A stretch of DNA of 64,000 nt from the human T2T-CHM13v2.0 reference genome, Homo sapiens. The notes below the pieces were generated by a model, which worked only from the letters and a program-made list of their open reading frames with translations, made no database searches and was not told the origin of the DNA. The translations under genes and the position numbers were made by a program. How positions within the stretch are numbered: the stretch's first letter is position 1; each line of letters starts with the position of its first letter. Positions 43,237 through 56,103 of this stretch are shown here, in pieces. The stretch lies in assembly GCF_009914755.1 (NCBI RefSeq), contig NC_060932.1. One strand, written 5' to 3'.

Positions 43237-44636
43237 AAAAAACAAGCAATGGGGAAAGGATTCCCTATTTAATAAATGGTGCTGGGAAAACTGGCTAGCC
43301 ACACGCAGAAAATGGAAATTGAACCCTTCCCTTACACCTCATACAAAAATAATCTCAAGGTGGATTAAAGACTTAAACATAAAACATAAAACCATAAAAA
43401 ACCTAGAAGAAAACCTAGCAATACCATTCAGGACATAGGCATGGGCAAAGACTTCATGACTAACACACCAAAAGCAATTGCAAGGAAAGCCAAAATTGAC
43501 AAATGGGATCTCATTAAGCTAAAGAGCACAGCAAAAGAAACTATCATCAGAGTAAACAGGCAACCTACAGAATGGGAGAAAATTTTTGCAAATCTATACA
43601 TCTGACAAAGGGCTAATATCCAGAATCTACAAGGAACTTAAACAAATTTACAAGAAAAAAAAAACAACCCCATCAAAAAGTGGGTGAAGGATATGAACAG
43701 ACTCTTCTCAAAAGACAGTATATATGCAGCCAACAAATATATGAAAAAAAGCTCATCATCACTGGTCATTAGAGAAACGCAAATCAAAACCACAATGAGA
43801 TACTATCTCATGCCAGTTAGAACGGCGATCATTAATAAGTCAGGAAACAACAGATACTAGAGACGATGTGGAGGAAATAGGAACACTTTTTACACTGTTG
43901 GTGGGACTGTAAATTAGTTCAACCATTGTGAAAGACAGTGTGGCGATTCCTCAAGAATCTAGAACCAGAAATACCATTTGACCCAGCCATCCCATTACTG
44001 GGTATATACCCAAAGGATTATAAATCATTCTGCTATAAAGACATATACACACATATGTTTATTGCAGCCCTGTTCACAATAGCAAAGACTTGGAGCCAAC
44101 CCAAATGCCCATCAATGATAGACTGGATAAAGAAAATATGGCACATATACACCATGGAATACTATGCAGTCATAAAAAAAGAATGAGTTCATGTCCTTTG
44201 CAGTGACATGGATGAAGCTGGAAACCATCATTCTCACCAAACTAACACAGGAACAGAAAACCAAACACCGCATGTTCTCACTCATAAATGGGAGTTGAAC
44301 AATGAGAACACATGGACACAGGGAGAGGGAACATCACACACCAGGGCCTGTCGGGGGGTGGGGGGCAAGGGGAGGGAGAGCATTAGGACAAATACTTAAT
44401 TTATGCAGGGCTTAAAACCTAGATTATGGGTTGATAGGTGCAGGAAACCACCATGGCACATTTACACCTATGTAACAAACTTGCACATTCTGAACATGTA
44501 TCCCAGAACTTAAAGTAAAATAAAAATTAAAAAAATAAAAATTCAGTAAGAATTAAAAATGGGTATAATTTCCACAGCTCTGGAGTAGGTCCATTGTTCC
44601 AATAAATACCTCTCATTTATTGACTGATGGCTGAAA
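43237..44636 (+). mobile_element. 5'-truncated L1PA7/8-like element with 3' transduction, inserted in an L1ME relic
   Basis: ORF2 3' part and 3'UTR ending TCCCAGAACTTAAAGTAAAATAAAAA (~44540); TSD AAAAAGTTTG(T/C)ATT at 43223-43236 and 44637-44650. Confidence 0.92.
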
Positions 44637-44757
44637 AAAAAGTTTGCATTCAAATAAAGACTGAACATTAATATCCCAAATTATTAACAATAGTCCTTTT
44701 ATGGCATAATTTTCCTTCTTTCTAATTATCTATATATTCAAATTTCTGTAATAAATA

Positions 44758-46233
44758 CAGTCAGCCCTCTGTATCCAACCGTGCATCAAAGTATTAGGGG
44801 GAAAAAAAACAGTACAATACTGAAAAATGATACAAACAAAAAATATAGTATAAGTATTTACATAGCATTTACATAGTATTAGATACCATAAGTAATCTAA
44901 AGATGATTTAAAGTATAGTCATACATTGCTTACTGACAATGTTCCGAGAAATCTGTTGCTAGGTGAGTTTGTCATTGTGAAAACATCACAGAGTGTGCTT
45001 AAACAAACCTAGATTGCGTAGCCTACTAACACCTAGGCTATATGAGATAGCCTACGGCTCCTAGGCTACAAACTTGAATAGCATATTACTGTAACACGAT
45101 GTTAATTATTCGTATATCTGAACATCTCTCATCTCTAAACATAGAAAAAGTACAGTAAAAATACAGTATAAAAGATTAAAATGGTAACCTTTTAGGGCAC
45201 TTAACATTAACAACGGTAAGTTGCTCTGGGTGGTTGATGAGTGAGTGATGAGTGAATATGAAGGCCAAGGACATGACTATACGCTACTGTGGGCTTTATA
45301 GAAACTGCGCATTTGGCCTACACTGAATTTATACAATCATTTTCTTTATCAATAATAAATTAACCTTAGCTTACTGTAATGTTTTTCCTTTATAGGCTTT
45401 TAAATTTTCTAACTTTTGACTCTTTTCTAATAACACTTAACTTAAAATACAAACATGTTTACAGCCATCCAAAAAAGATATATTTTTTATGTCATCATTC
45501 TACAAGAGTTTTTCTATTTTTAAAATTTCTAATATTTTTTAATTTTTTTAAGTTTTTTGCTAAAAACTAAGACATACACACATTTGCCCAGGTCTGTACA
45601 GGCTCAGAATCATCAACATCAGTGTCTTCAACTTCCACCTCTTGTCCCACTAGAAGATTTTCAGTGGCAGTGACATGCATGGAGCTGTCACTCCCTAGGA
45701 TAACAATGCCTTCTTCTGGACACCTCCTGCAGGACCTCCTCAAGGCTATTTCACAGTTAATATTTTTTATAAGTAGAAGGAGAATACTCTAAAGTAATAA
45801 GAATAAAAAGTATAGTACAATAAATGCATAAACCAGTAACATAGTCCTTTATTAGCCTGCTCACATCTTATGTACTGGACACCATTGTAAGTGCTAGACT
45901 TTTACACAGGTGGCAGTGCAGTGCAGTAGGTTTGTTTACATTGGTGTCCTCACAAACAGCGAGTAATGCATCGTGCTATGACATTAAGATAACCACAACA
46001 TCCGTAGGTAGTAGGAATTTTTCAGCTCCATTATAATCTTATGGAAACGCCATTGTATATGCAGTCTGTCGTTGACCAAAATGTGATTATGTAGCACATG
46101 GCTATATATGGGAAGATGTGGGTAGGTTATATGCAAATATTATGCCATTTTACAAACGGGGCTTGAGCATCCACAGATTTTGGTATCATTGAGGGTCCTG
46201 GAACCAACACCTGCAGATACGGAGGCCCAGGTG
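44758..46233 (+). mobile_element. MER2 (TcMar-Tigger), split by Tigger3b
   Basis: CAGTCAGCCCTCTGTATCC...AGATGATTTAAAGTA | TATGGGAAGATGTGGGTAGGTTATATGCAAAT...GGTCCTGGAACC; TA flanks. Confidence 0.85.
44916..46104. mobile_element. Tigger3b (MER7-type) DNA transposon
   Basis: ~1.19 kb; AGTCATACATTGCTTA...ACAAACCTAGA..GTAGCCTACT..CCTAGGCTA...GTCGTTGACCAAAATGTGATTATGTAGCACATG; inserted at a TA. Confidence 0.85.
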
Positions 46234-46237
46234 TATA

Positions 46238-46541
46238 CAGTAGTCCCCCTTGTCCATGGTTTTGCTTTCCAAAATGTTAGTTAACCATCGTCAAGCATGG
46301 TTCAAAAATATTAAATGGGAAATTCCAGAAGTAAACATTTACATACGTTTTTGCGGCATATTTTCATAATTGTTCCATTTTATTATTGTTGTTAATCTCT
46401 TATTGTGCCTAATTTATAAATTAAACTTTGCGATAGGTGTGTATATATAGGAAAGAACAGTATATATAGGGTTCAGTACTGTCTGACGTTTCAGACTGGG
46501 GGTCTCGGAACGAATCCTTCAAGGATACGGGGGCCGTATTG
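46238..46541 (+). mobile_element. MER44-family (Tigger7) MITE
   Basis: CAGTAGTCCCCCTTGTCCATGGTTTTGCTTTCC start; GTGCCTAATTTATAAATTAAACTTT core; degenerate TIR at the end. Confidence 0.85.
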
Positions 46542-47114
46542 TCACTTTTAATTGCGTCACCAAACAAGACTGGGGAGTTTCTGCCAATACATCTCCTCTT
46601 TTCCATGATTATCCTTCACCACAAAACGGCCAAAGAAAACATCACATTTATAAAACAGACACTGCCTAAAGAATATACGTAAAATTTAAACAGTACATCC
46701 ATAGCCCTTTCCAAAAAGGAAATGCAGGATTTGTTTTTAAGATGAGATCACTGAGAATGGTCTGAGATGACTGTCTAGGATCCCTCAGCCCTGAAACAAG
46801 TCAGTGTGAGTCCAGTAATGGGACTGCATCAGAGTCCATTGGACTTCAGGAGTGCAGGAGGGTGTCATGAGTTACACTCCACCAATTAAGGTCAGTGTAG
46901 AAAATCTGCTGCCTCTGTGGAACAGTCATCTACCCCAGTTTGAAGACTTGCTTTTCCTAAATTTGTCACTGACAAGCAAGATGTGGAACTGGGTCTTTCA
47001 GTGACTCCATTTCCTCATTTTTCAGATGAATTCCCTTTAAGGGGGACTCCCTGCCTTAACAGGTCACTTTGAGATTTTACTTAGCCATGATTGTGAAAAA
47101 CCTTGGAAAGTCAT

Positions 47115-47635
47115 GTTGTGCACTCTTTTTTGGCCACCTAGAATGTGTGAGCCCTACTCCTGGGTTTGGGGAATTCCCTGCCTAAGAAATATTGGTGGGA
47201 GGTAGAAAACTCCCTCCTCCCTAGACAGAAAAGGGCACAGGCAATGCCAGCCTCACTCTTTCCCTGGAAGCTAGCGTGCATGCCCTTGCACAGCGAGGCT
47301 GCCTCCCAGATGCACCTGGTCCACCTGAACTAGACCAAGAGATGCTCTGGCCACAGTGTGGCTGCAGCAAGGTCCAGCTCCTGAGCCAGTGGGAACCCCA
47401 GCAGCACTGTGGATGACTCCAATATCAGGACTAGAGCTTGACACTAAGCGGGGTGAACAGTGATGTATTCTTCAGAGCAATTTTATGACAAGGTTTGGGG
47501 TATGTGCCTGATTCTTTAACCTTCCTGGCAATCATGTAACCTATCCAACATTCTTTTTTAAAATACCATCATTTTATAGTTCTTAAACCTGCCAGAGTTG
47601 ATTGGGTTGCTCGTAACAAAAAAATGATGACTGAT
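47115..47635 (+). mobile_element. Old ERVL LTR (LTR33/41-like)
   Basis: 3' terminus TTCTTAAACCTGCCAGAGTTGATTGGGTTGCTCGTAAC...GACTGAT; family uncertain. Confidence 0.45.
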
Positions 47636-48694
47636 GGAAATAATAAGGAGTAGTATTTTTCCCAAATAAAATATGGTATTAACATGCTAACCTTTTTTAA
47701 AATCTCTGGCTTTCAACATCTGTAACTATTAAGTGCATACTTAGAGATGAGCTCTCAAATATAAATTCAAGAGGTATTGCCTCCCTTGTTTCAATCTAAA
47801 TTTATATTCTAAATTTCTTTATTTAACTTTCAAAAATATTGTGCTAATGTTAAAGAATTTGTAATCAATGATAAATACAACTAAAATTAGTAGTTAATGT
47901 GAATTTTATTTTCATATCAATTCAGAAAATTTAGAACGCCATAAAACTTTCAACAACATTAACTTGTTAAACCGTAAAAGACAATTTTAGAGACTACATA
48001 CTAAAAGCCTAGAATATTAATATACATAGTTAAGAAAAGTTCATGAGCTAATGTCCAAATTATCTCTGACATTCAACAAAGTTCTAATAGCAATGTTTTG
48101 GCAGAAAAGAAAGGTTTTTCGGTCTCTGAAGAGCAAATGACTGTTCATATCATCTCTGTCATTGCCTGAGTCAGTAAATTGCCTCAATCATGTAAATTAA
48201 ATAATGTTAAATTTTCTGCTCAAGTATGTCTTCTAGACTCATACTTTTAGGTTGTTAATAGTGAGTCAGAGGATCCCACTGAAAAAATAAAGAATTCTGG
48301 TAAGGATGTAAAAGACACATTATTACCCTTGCAGGTAGAGACCAAAATATGAAAAAAATGCATTTGTTAAAAAAACAAGGCAACGCACAATAAGCAGAGA
48401 AAGATACAAAACAATGTAGATTAAGGCAGAACAAATAGAACTTTATTCATGATGCAATTTCAGAGTCTGGTAAAAGTCGTTTTTTCCCTTCCAATGTTGA
48501 TCAACTCATGAAAATGAAATTCACACAACCAGAACATGTAAATATATAGAAATACACAAACATGCTCACACATACAGTACACCCCACATACATATAGACA
48601 AATATATGATTGGATTTGCAAGCTTTCCTGGATATGGAAGGCTTATAAATAAATCAAAAAGAATCAGACAGCATTGTCATTCACACTGAGTGCC

Positions 48695-49262
48695 TGTATG
48701 AGTCAGGGTTCTCTACAGGGACAGAACTAACAGGATATATGTATATATGAAGAGGAGTTGATTATGGAGAATTGACTCAACACAATTAAAAGGTAAAGTC
48801 TCACGATAGGCTGTCTGCAAGTTGAGGAGCAAGGAATTCAGTAGTGGATCAGTTTGAGTTTCAAAACCTCAAAAGTAGGGAAGCCAACAGGGCAGCCTTC
48901 AGTCTGTGGCTGAAGGCCTGAGGGCCCTGAGAGACCTTGGCAAACCACTGGTGTGAGTCCAAGAGTCAAAAAGCCGAAGAACTTGGAGTCTGATGTCCGA
49001 GGCCAGAAGCACCCAGCGTGGGAGAAAGAAGAAGACTGGAAGACTCAGCAAGCCTGCTTCTTCCACCTTCTTCTGCCTGCTTTTTCTAGCCACGCTGGCA
49101 GCAAGGGGATGGTGCCCATACCGATTAAGGGTGGGTTTGCCTCTCCCAGTCCACTGACTCAAATGTTATTCTCCTCCAGCAACACCCTCACAGACACACC
49201 CAGAAACAAATACTTTGCATCCTTCAATCCAATCAAGTTGACACTTAATATTAACCAACACA
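48695..49262 (-). mobile_element. MLT2A2-like (HERV-L) solo LTR
   Basis: TGTATGAGTCAGGGTTCTCTACAGGGACAGAACTAA...TCAAGTTGACACTTAATATTAACCAACACA; TSD GTGCC at 48690-48694 and 49263-49267. Confidence 0.93.
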
Positions 49263-50579
49263 GTGCCCAATATTACAAACATTAAAGGTATGTGCATTAA
49301 TAAACTATAAAAGAATCTTCTACAGGTGATCTAGTCCATTGGCTCACTTCCACATGGAAAATATGAATGCTTGCATCCGAAAAAAATGTATAGATTCCTT
49401 TTCATTATACGCCTTCACCTTTGTATTTTCACTAGAAGAAAAGCCGGGGATCATGGAAGCTTTCGATACATGATATAATGCCTTTCTTAAAATGAAAATC
49501 TTAGGTTCTTTGGTTTGAATGTGGATATGATGGAGTGAAAGAAAATGCAGCTGCAGAAACAATGGGATGATGGTGTTTCAGGTCTGCTTTCCTTGCCACT
49601 GTTAGATTTCAACGTGTCAGCAAAGGCAGGCCGGGAGCTGCTAGAGCTCAGATTTCAGCTTTTTTTCTGGGAAACAGTTCAGTCCCACTCATCATCTGAT
49701 TAGAAAGAACTAGGAAACAGAACGTACCTGGTTGGAGTGGATGAACAAGTGCTGAATCTTTCTTCCACTGTCCACTCAGACAGGAGAAAGCAGCTCAGCC
49801 CTGACTGCATTCAAGTTTTTGTCTATCAGGCCCTGGACAGGGTACAATGCTTCATCGTAAAAATGTTGCCTAAAGAAGGCACCTCCTGCTGTGGAGCTGA
49901 AGGCTGTGTTCTTAGGAAGCAAAGAGGAGGATTCACAGCAGGAAAATTGCTCTGTGCTTGCAGTACTCATGGGTGCACACTCACAGGCATTTGAGAGAAA
50001 GGCCAAGTGCGTTTCCAGATTTTCTCTGCCAACATGTGGGAGGGAATGAGGACATACAGTGCCTCTGTGTGTGGATAAAAGGGAAGGCGATTAATCCAGT
50101 CTACATCAGTATCTCATGACCCACAAAGACAGGAACTTCTTTACGGCTAACAAAATGGTCTTCAGGGCATTGTAACTCTGGCTGTAACTGTGGTAATCGA
50201 TGTTGAAGCCATCACCCACATCACCCCGATTCATACCCACTATTTTCTACAGAACCATAGAACTACTGAATCTTCTACAAAAGGTCTTTGTCATCTCTTA
50301 AAATTTTCTTGGCTTTTCATTGCTCGAGACTAAGTCTTAGAAAGAGCAAAACAGTCTACTCCACAACTAACTGACAGGTACAAAGGAAGACTCATGACAT
50401 CCCCAACTACAACAGCGAGAGCATGAAAAGCCTTTCCTTGTGCTCACCTTTCTCTTCTCTATCCAAGGTCCTGAAATGGCCAGCCAGCCACTGAGGCATC
50501 TTCACTTTTCTCCTGAAACCCTGACCAGTACTCATAACCCCCTAACAATTCACCCTTAAACTCAGCCCTTAGACTAACC

Positions 50580-51094
50580 CAACAGTCCCCCAGTGTGGTT
50601 TGGGAACCCATGGGGAATCCCAAAATTTCAAGCAGTCTGCAAAGACAAACCTATTTTCACAATATTACTAAGATGCCATTTTCCTTTTCACTGTTAATCT
50701 CTCACAAATATGCAATGGAGTCTTCCAGAGCCTACCGGACACAGAATGTTAACAAAAGTTTGAATGCAGAAGCGGATATAAAAATCCAGCTGGTTTCCAT
50801 GAAGCCAGATGTTAAACAGAGTTGCAAAAAATTTAAAACAAGCTACTGTCCTTACCCCACTTGTTTTTGTTTTAGAAAACAGTTATTTCCGTAAAAATGT
50901 ACTTTTATATTAACATGTAATGGGCTTATTATTTTTAAATGAATAATCTGTTTTATAATTTTTAATTAAATAAGTCTTAATTTTTGCAATAAATTCCAAC
51001 AGATACGACCCACTTAAACAAAATCTCGTTGAGATCCTGAATACATTTTAAGAGTGTAAAGGTGTTCTGAGACCAAAACATTTAAGAAGTGCTG
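50580..51094 (+). mobile_element. Charlie4a-like hAT element
   Basis: TTGAATGCAGAAGCGGATATAAAAATCCAGCTG...AAGAGTGTAAAGGTGTTCTGAGACCAAAA. Confidence 0.8.
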
Positions 51095-51249
51095 GACTAG
51101 AATATATCACAGCCTCACTCTGCTACTTCCTTTGCTCTGCCAACAAATAAGAAGGGCCTGAGCTCATGATGTGGCCACAGGAAATCCAATGTTGTCTGTG
51201 TCTAAACACTGAATGGTTGGGAAAGGTCAGAGGCTAGGCTGACTCATGC

Positions 51250-51850
51250 TCCTTCTATCATTCGGGGTTTGATGGAAGAAACAGAACCACTATGGGGGGA
51301 TTTTGACTGAGGATTTGTCATAGAGATTGGAGCTCAAGCAACCATAAGAGCTCATTAAACAGCCTGTGTGAGGAGGCTACCTTTTTCTGTCTGGGGCAGG
51401 AGCCTAAAGTCATCAGGACAGGCTGGCAGAAAGGAGAAGTGGACATAAAGTTGAGGAGCAAGGACACACTGAGAAATTCAGGACAAGCTGGAGCCCCGGA
51501 GAACGACGGGAACCTGCTTGAGCCTTCAACAGAGGAGGCCAGTGGCCTGCCGCAGAAACTGCTCCTTCCTCGTGGAACTAAAAAAGCACCTGGTACAGGA
51601 GGCAAAGGCCCTGGAGGAGGAGATGCTCAGGACCAGAGTGGCTGCTGTCCCATCCCAAGGTGAGCCAGGAGCTGAGCACCATGGGCTTGGGCTGCAACAG
51701 AGCTTCATGCCCTTCACAGATCCTTCCATGTAAAAGTATAAGACCCAGACTTCACTTTTACCTCCAAATCTCATGAGAAAACTTTCTTGTGACCCATCCA
51801 AACTCGTAATTGTACGGAGAAGAAAACTGTGGAATGTATTGACCAATTCA
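51250..51850 (-). mobile_element. Probable old ERVL LTR (family uncertain)
   Basis: GAAACAGAACCACTA start and LTR-like composition; not confidently assigned. Confidence 0.3.
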
Positions 51851-52157
51851 CTCACTACTGCTGATTGACACAGGAGTCCTTCAACTCAGCGTCCAGATGT
51901 GCAAGGCTTCAGGAGTGCTCATTGTTCAACAATCAAGTGAAATTCATCTTGGACTCTTCATCATTTTCTGTTCCTTTTAAAGCATCTGATACCTCCTCTT
52001 CCAGCATTTCTCACCATAGCCAATCTAATGCATTTTTTTTAAAAAAGCTATCCAATATGAGCACCCCAATATCGCCTATATTATCTCCCAGTTCCACCAT
52101 TTATCCAACCTCCTTACCTTCCTGTCTGGCATATTTTAGAATCTTAGTAAATATTAT

Positions 52158-52346
52158 TAGCCATGGTGGCAGGCACCTGTAGTCCCACCTACTCAGGAGG
52201 CCGAGGCAGGAGAATCAATTGAACACTTTTACCTCCAAATCTCAGGAGTTGGAGGCCACAGTGCACTATGAAGGAACCTGTGAAGAGCCACTGCACTCCA
52301 GCCTGAGGAGCAAAGAAAGACCCCATCTCTAAACAAATAAATAAAT
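52158..52346 (+). mobile_element. FAM (fossil Alu monomer)
   Basis: FAM-type GTGCACTATGA...CCTGTGAAGAGCCACTGCACTCCAGCC; (TAAA)n tail. Confidence 0.8.
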
Positions 52347-52545
52347 GTATTGATTTAGTCAAATAACCAATCAATGACAGAGTGATTATCCGGATTCTCA
52401 GTGGCACCAATCCCTCAACCCAAGTCAGTTCTTCTTCTCACCTTCATTAAATCTTTCAACCCCTCTTTTATTTCTTTAAAAATATTAAACATAATCATTT
52501 ATATTATCTTCAATAAGTGCATTATCTGAAGTCCAATGCGTCTGA

Positions 52546-52908
<363 letters not shown>

Positions 52909-53859
52909 AGTAGCCTGCATTTTTTTTTTAAGAAAAATGTTACCATGACCTCATGTGTCTTGCAAATTTATCTTTGGGAATTCATTGAGGCCAGAGTTGG
53001 AAATAGGCTCTTCTACAGAGATTTCTGAATTTATTTTTGCCATACACCAGGAGGTATATCAACCTAAAAGTAAACCAAGAGCAAATTGAGGTCTAGTGAT
53101 GTGGCATGACTTGGGGCTGTCTAAACATGTAAGAGCTAGTTTATAGTTATGAGTTCATCAAGGCAGAATTCTTCACTTCCACTGAATATCAAGATTTGAG
53201 ACATAAAGTTCCTGCTCACTGTTACATTGAGGTGGAGGCTCGTGTGATGTTAGTGCTGATCAGTGGCCCCTTTTTAGACTCTCCCTTGAGTGGACCCAAG
53301 GCTTTGGTTCTTGTCCCAGGCCCCATGTCATAGTTCACTCCTATCTATGAAAGGAAAAACTCAGTCATCTGGGTTTAGCAATTGCAAAAGTTGACTTCAT
53401 TGCTCTTATGATCTCTCTGGGTTCTCAATTGTCTCTTTGTTTTTGACTTCTGGGGCTCATTTCCCTGCTAGAACACACATTTTCTCCCATATTTTAGCCA
53501 TCAATTTTAGTTGTTTTGAGTGGGAGGATCAGTGAGGTTATCTAATTAGCAGTACTGCTAGAAATGTAAGTTTCCATTCACTTTCTTTTATTAAACAGTT
53601 TGAAACCTCCATTATATGCAATGCAATTTTAAGCACTGACATAGAAACATAAACATGATATATTATCTACCCCCAAGGAATTTAGAGAAGACTGAGAGGC
53701 ATAAAACACAGATCAATAATACAGTGATGAAAATACAATATCATACAATTGGCACTCAGAGAGAGACATAAGCATGGGAGGCTAAGGAAGTACAAAGGAG
53801 AGGGAACCTCACCCATTTGCTTGGGAGAAAAGCACACGAAAGTCGCAGCAGTCCCCAGA

Positions 53860-54286
53860 TGCCAACTATCACCAAGACATAATAACACGCGCCTTTACTT
53901 CTCACTCATCCAACTATGGGTAGGCTGGTATCAGCTCAACTTGGCTGAGTTTGACCAAGCTTTGTTCTAAACTACAAGTTTTGTTTAGGCTTGCCTGAGA
54001 TGTCTCTCATTCTTCTGGGACCAGCAGCTGCATGTTTTCATGCAGCTGCATGTTTTCATGCCAGCACAAATCTCTCGAAGGAATGAGTGGAAACACACCA
54101 CATCCCTTATTCCGAGGCTCCAAATCCACAGTCACTTTTTCCCACATTCAATTGGCCACAGCAAGTCACGTGGCCAAACTCAACATTTACCGGGTAGGAA
54201 GTGCACCCCTGGCAGGGATGTGAGGGCAGAGGGGAAGGTAGAGGGAAGGTGTGAATATTTGTCAAGGAATAGTCTAATCTAACACA
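53860..54286 (-). mobile_element. MLT1 (I/L-like) LTR
   Basis: CACATTCAATTGGCCACAGCAAGTCACGTGGCCAA...GTGAATATTTG..TAATCTAACACA. Confidence 0.6.
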
Positions 54287-54350
54287 GAAGAGTTCAAGAA
54301 TTTATATTTAGATTCCACTTTAAAGGGAGATAGGAATTCAGAAGATTGGT

Positions 54351-54693
54351 TGATATGGTTTAGCTCTGTGTTCCCACCCAACTCTCATCTTGAATTGTAA
54401 TCCCCATGTGTTGAGGGAGGGATCTGGTGGGAGGGGATTGGACCGTGGGGGCAGTTTCCCCCATGCTGTTCTCATGATAGTGAGTTCTCATAAGATCTGA
54501 TGTTTTAAAATTATGCAACCGTTTTCTCCCACTCACTCGCTCTCTCCCGCCACCTTGTAAAAAACATGCTTGCTTCTCCTTCACCTTTCCCCAGGCCTCC
54601 CCAGCCATGCAGAATTGTAAGCCAATTAAACCTCTTTATAAATTACCCAGTCTCGCATAGTTCTTTATAGCTGTGTGAAAATGGACTAATAAA
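54351..54693 (+). mobile_element. THE1D-like solo LTR
   Basis: TGATATGGTTTAGCTCTGTGTTCCCACCCAA...AATTACCCAGTCTC...AAATGGACTAAT. Confidence 0.9.
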
Positions 54694-54899
54694 TGGATCA
54701 TTCTGGGAATTAAGAAGGAGCACATGTAAAACAGTCCTGAGCAGGGTTTACAAGGCCATAGTAACGGAACCAGGCCCTCATGGCATGCAGAGGACGTGGG
54801 CAGGAGATGGCACTGGAGTAGACAGGGCCCAGGGAAAAGCAGCCTGTGTCTTCGTAAGCCTTACTCTGCATACAGTAAGGAGCCACCAAAAGGTTCTGG

Positions 54900-55070
54900 G
54901 TCTTTTCACCACAAAAAATAAGTATGTGAGATAAGGCACGTGTTAATTAGCTCAGTTTAGCCATTCCACAATATATGAATATTTCAAAACATCATATTGT
55001 ACACAATAAATATGTACAATTTTTATTTGTGAAGAAAAAATCAATTCAAAAAATATATAAAAAAATTAAA
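54900..55070 (+). mobile_element. L1MA 3' end fragment
   Basis: AAGTATGTGAGATAA...TTAATTAGCTC..TTTAGCCATTCCACAAT...TTTCAAAACATCAT. Confidence 0.75.
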
Positions 55071-55848
55071 TTCAAATTTTTTTAAAAGGTGTTAAGCCAG
55101 AACAATAGAATCAGTCTGCATTTTATTGAGCTCATGATGACATCTCATTAGATAAGAGAGGGGAACTGGTTAGTTGTATGATGAAATGACCCAGAAAAAA
55201 TAATGACAAGAGGTTGAATGGGCTATGGCAGTAAAATTAATAAACTAATGCTGGATTCGGGAGCTATTTAGGGATAGATTAATAAGCCAATAAAAGTAAA
55301 GGGCTTAGCAGTGTCTGATGCAATGTAAGTCCTCACTAAATATTAGAAGCTACTATTAATAGTAACAATAGAACCTGATAATTTTGTGACGGGTGGGAGT
55401 GGGGAGATAAGAACAAGGTAGAAATATAAAATGTCTTTCAAGTGTCTAATTTAAATAACCCGATGAAATAGGTTTTTTCAGACGAGGAAGAATAAGCTTA
55501 TAAATAGAAAAATGACAAATTCAGTGGTAGACATGTTAGCAACACTAAAGAAAAACTTCAAAAGTGACTAGAGAAATTTTGGAGGAGCAAGAATCTGACA
55601 GCTGACTTTTCAACAAGAGAAATGGAAGTCAGAAAAAGACAATGCAATGCTACCTTCAAGCTGCTAAGGAATCTCAATACCTGTCACTCTAGAATTCTAT
55701 ACCCAGCAAAGTTATAACACAAGAATGCAGGTGACATAAGAAGCAAGAGACAGATCCAATTATGTTCATACCTGCATTTTATACAACAGCCCCAAACCAA
55801 AGGAATGAATCATTAAATTGTGGTGTATGCATATAATAGAGCAATATA

Positions 55849-56103
55849 CAGCTGTGGTTCTTAAAATGGGGTGCCCCTAACAACAGTATCAATAGCACCT
55901 GAAAACTTGTTAGAAATACAAACTCTTGAGCCCTGTCCCAAACCTACTAATTCATAATGTCTGGCTGGGGGCCAGCAATCTGTGATTTAACAAGTCCTCC
56001 AGGGGACTCTGACACACCTTGAAGTTTGAAGACACCTGCTCCTGTGATTTAACAAGTCCTCCAGGGGACTCTGACACACCTTGAAGTTTGAAGACACCTG
56101 CTC
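55849..56103. mobile_element. MER5A with a perfect 62-bp tandem duplication, within an L1M relic
   Basis: GTGGTTCTTAAAATG...ACCTGAAAACTTGTTAGAAAT...; 55980-56041 is identical to 56042-56103. Confidence 0.85.

Noticed and set aside
51318-52182. Cluster of 70-109 aa ORFs in GC-richer sequence
   Set aside because: No recognisable protein similarity; they overlap a probable old LTR on both strands and lack a consistent exon structure.
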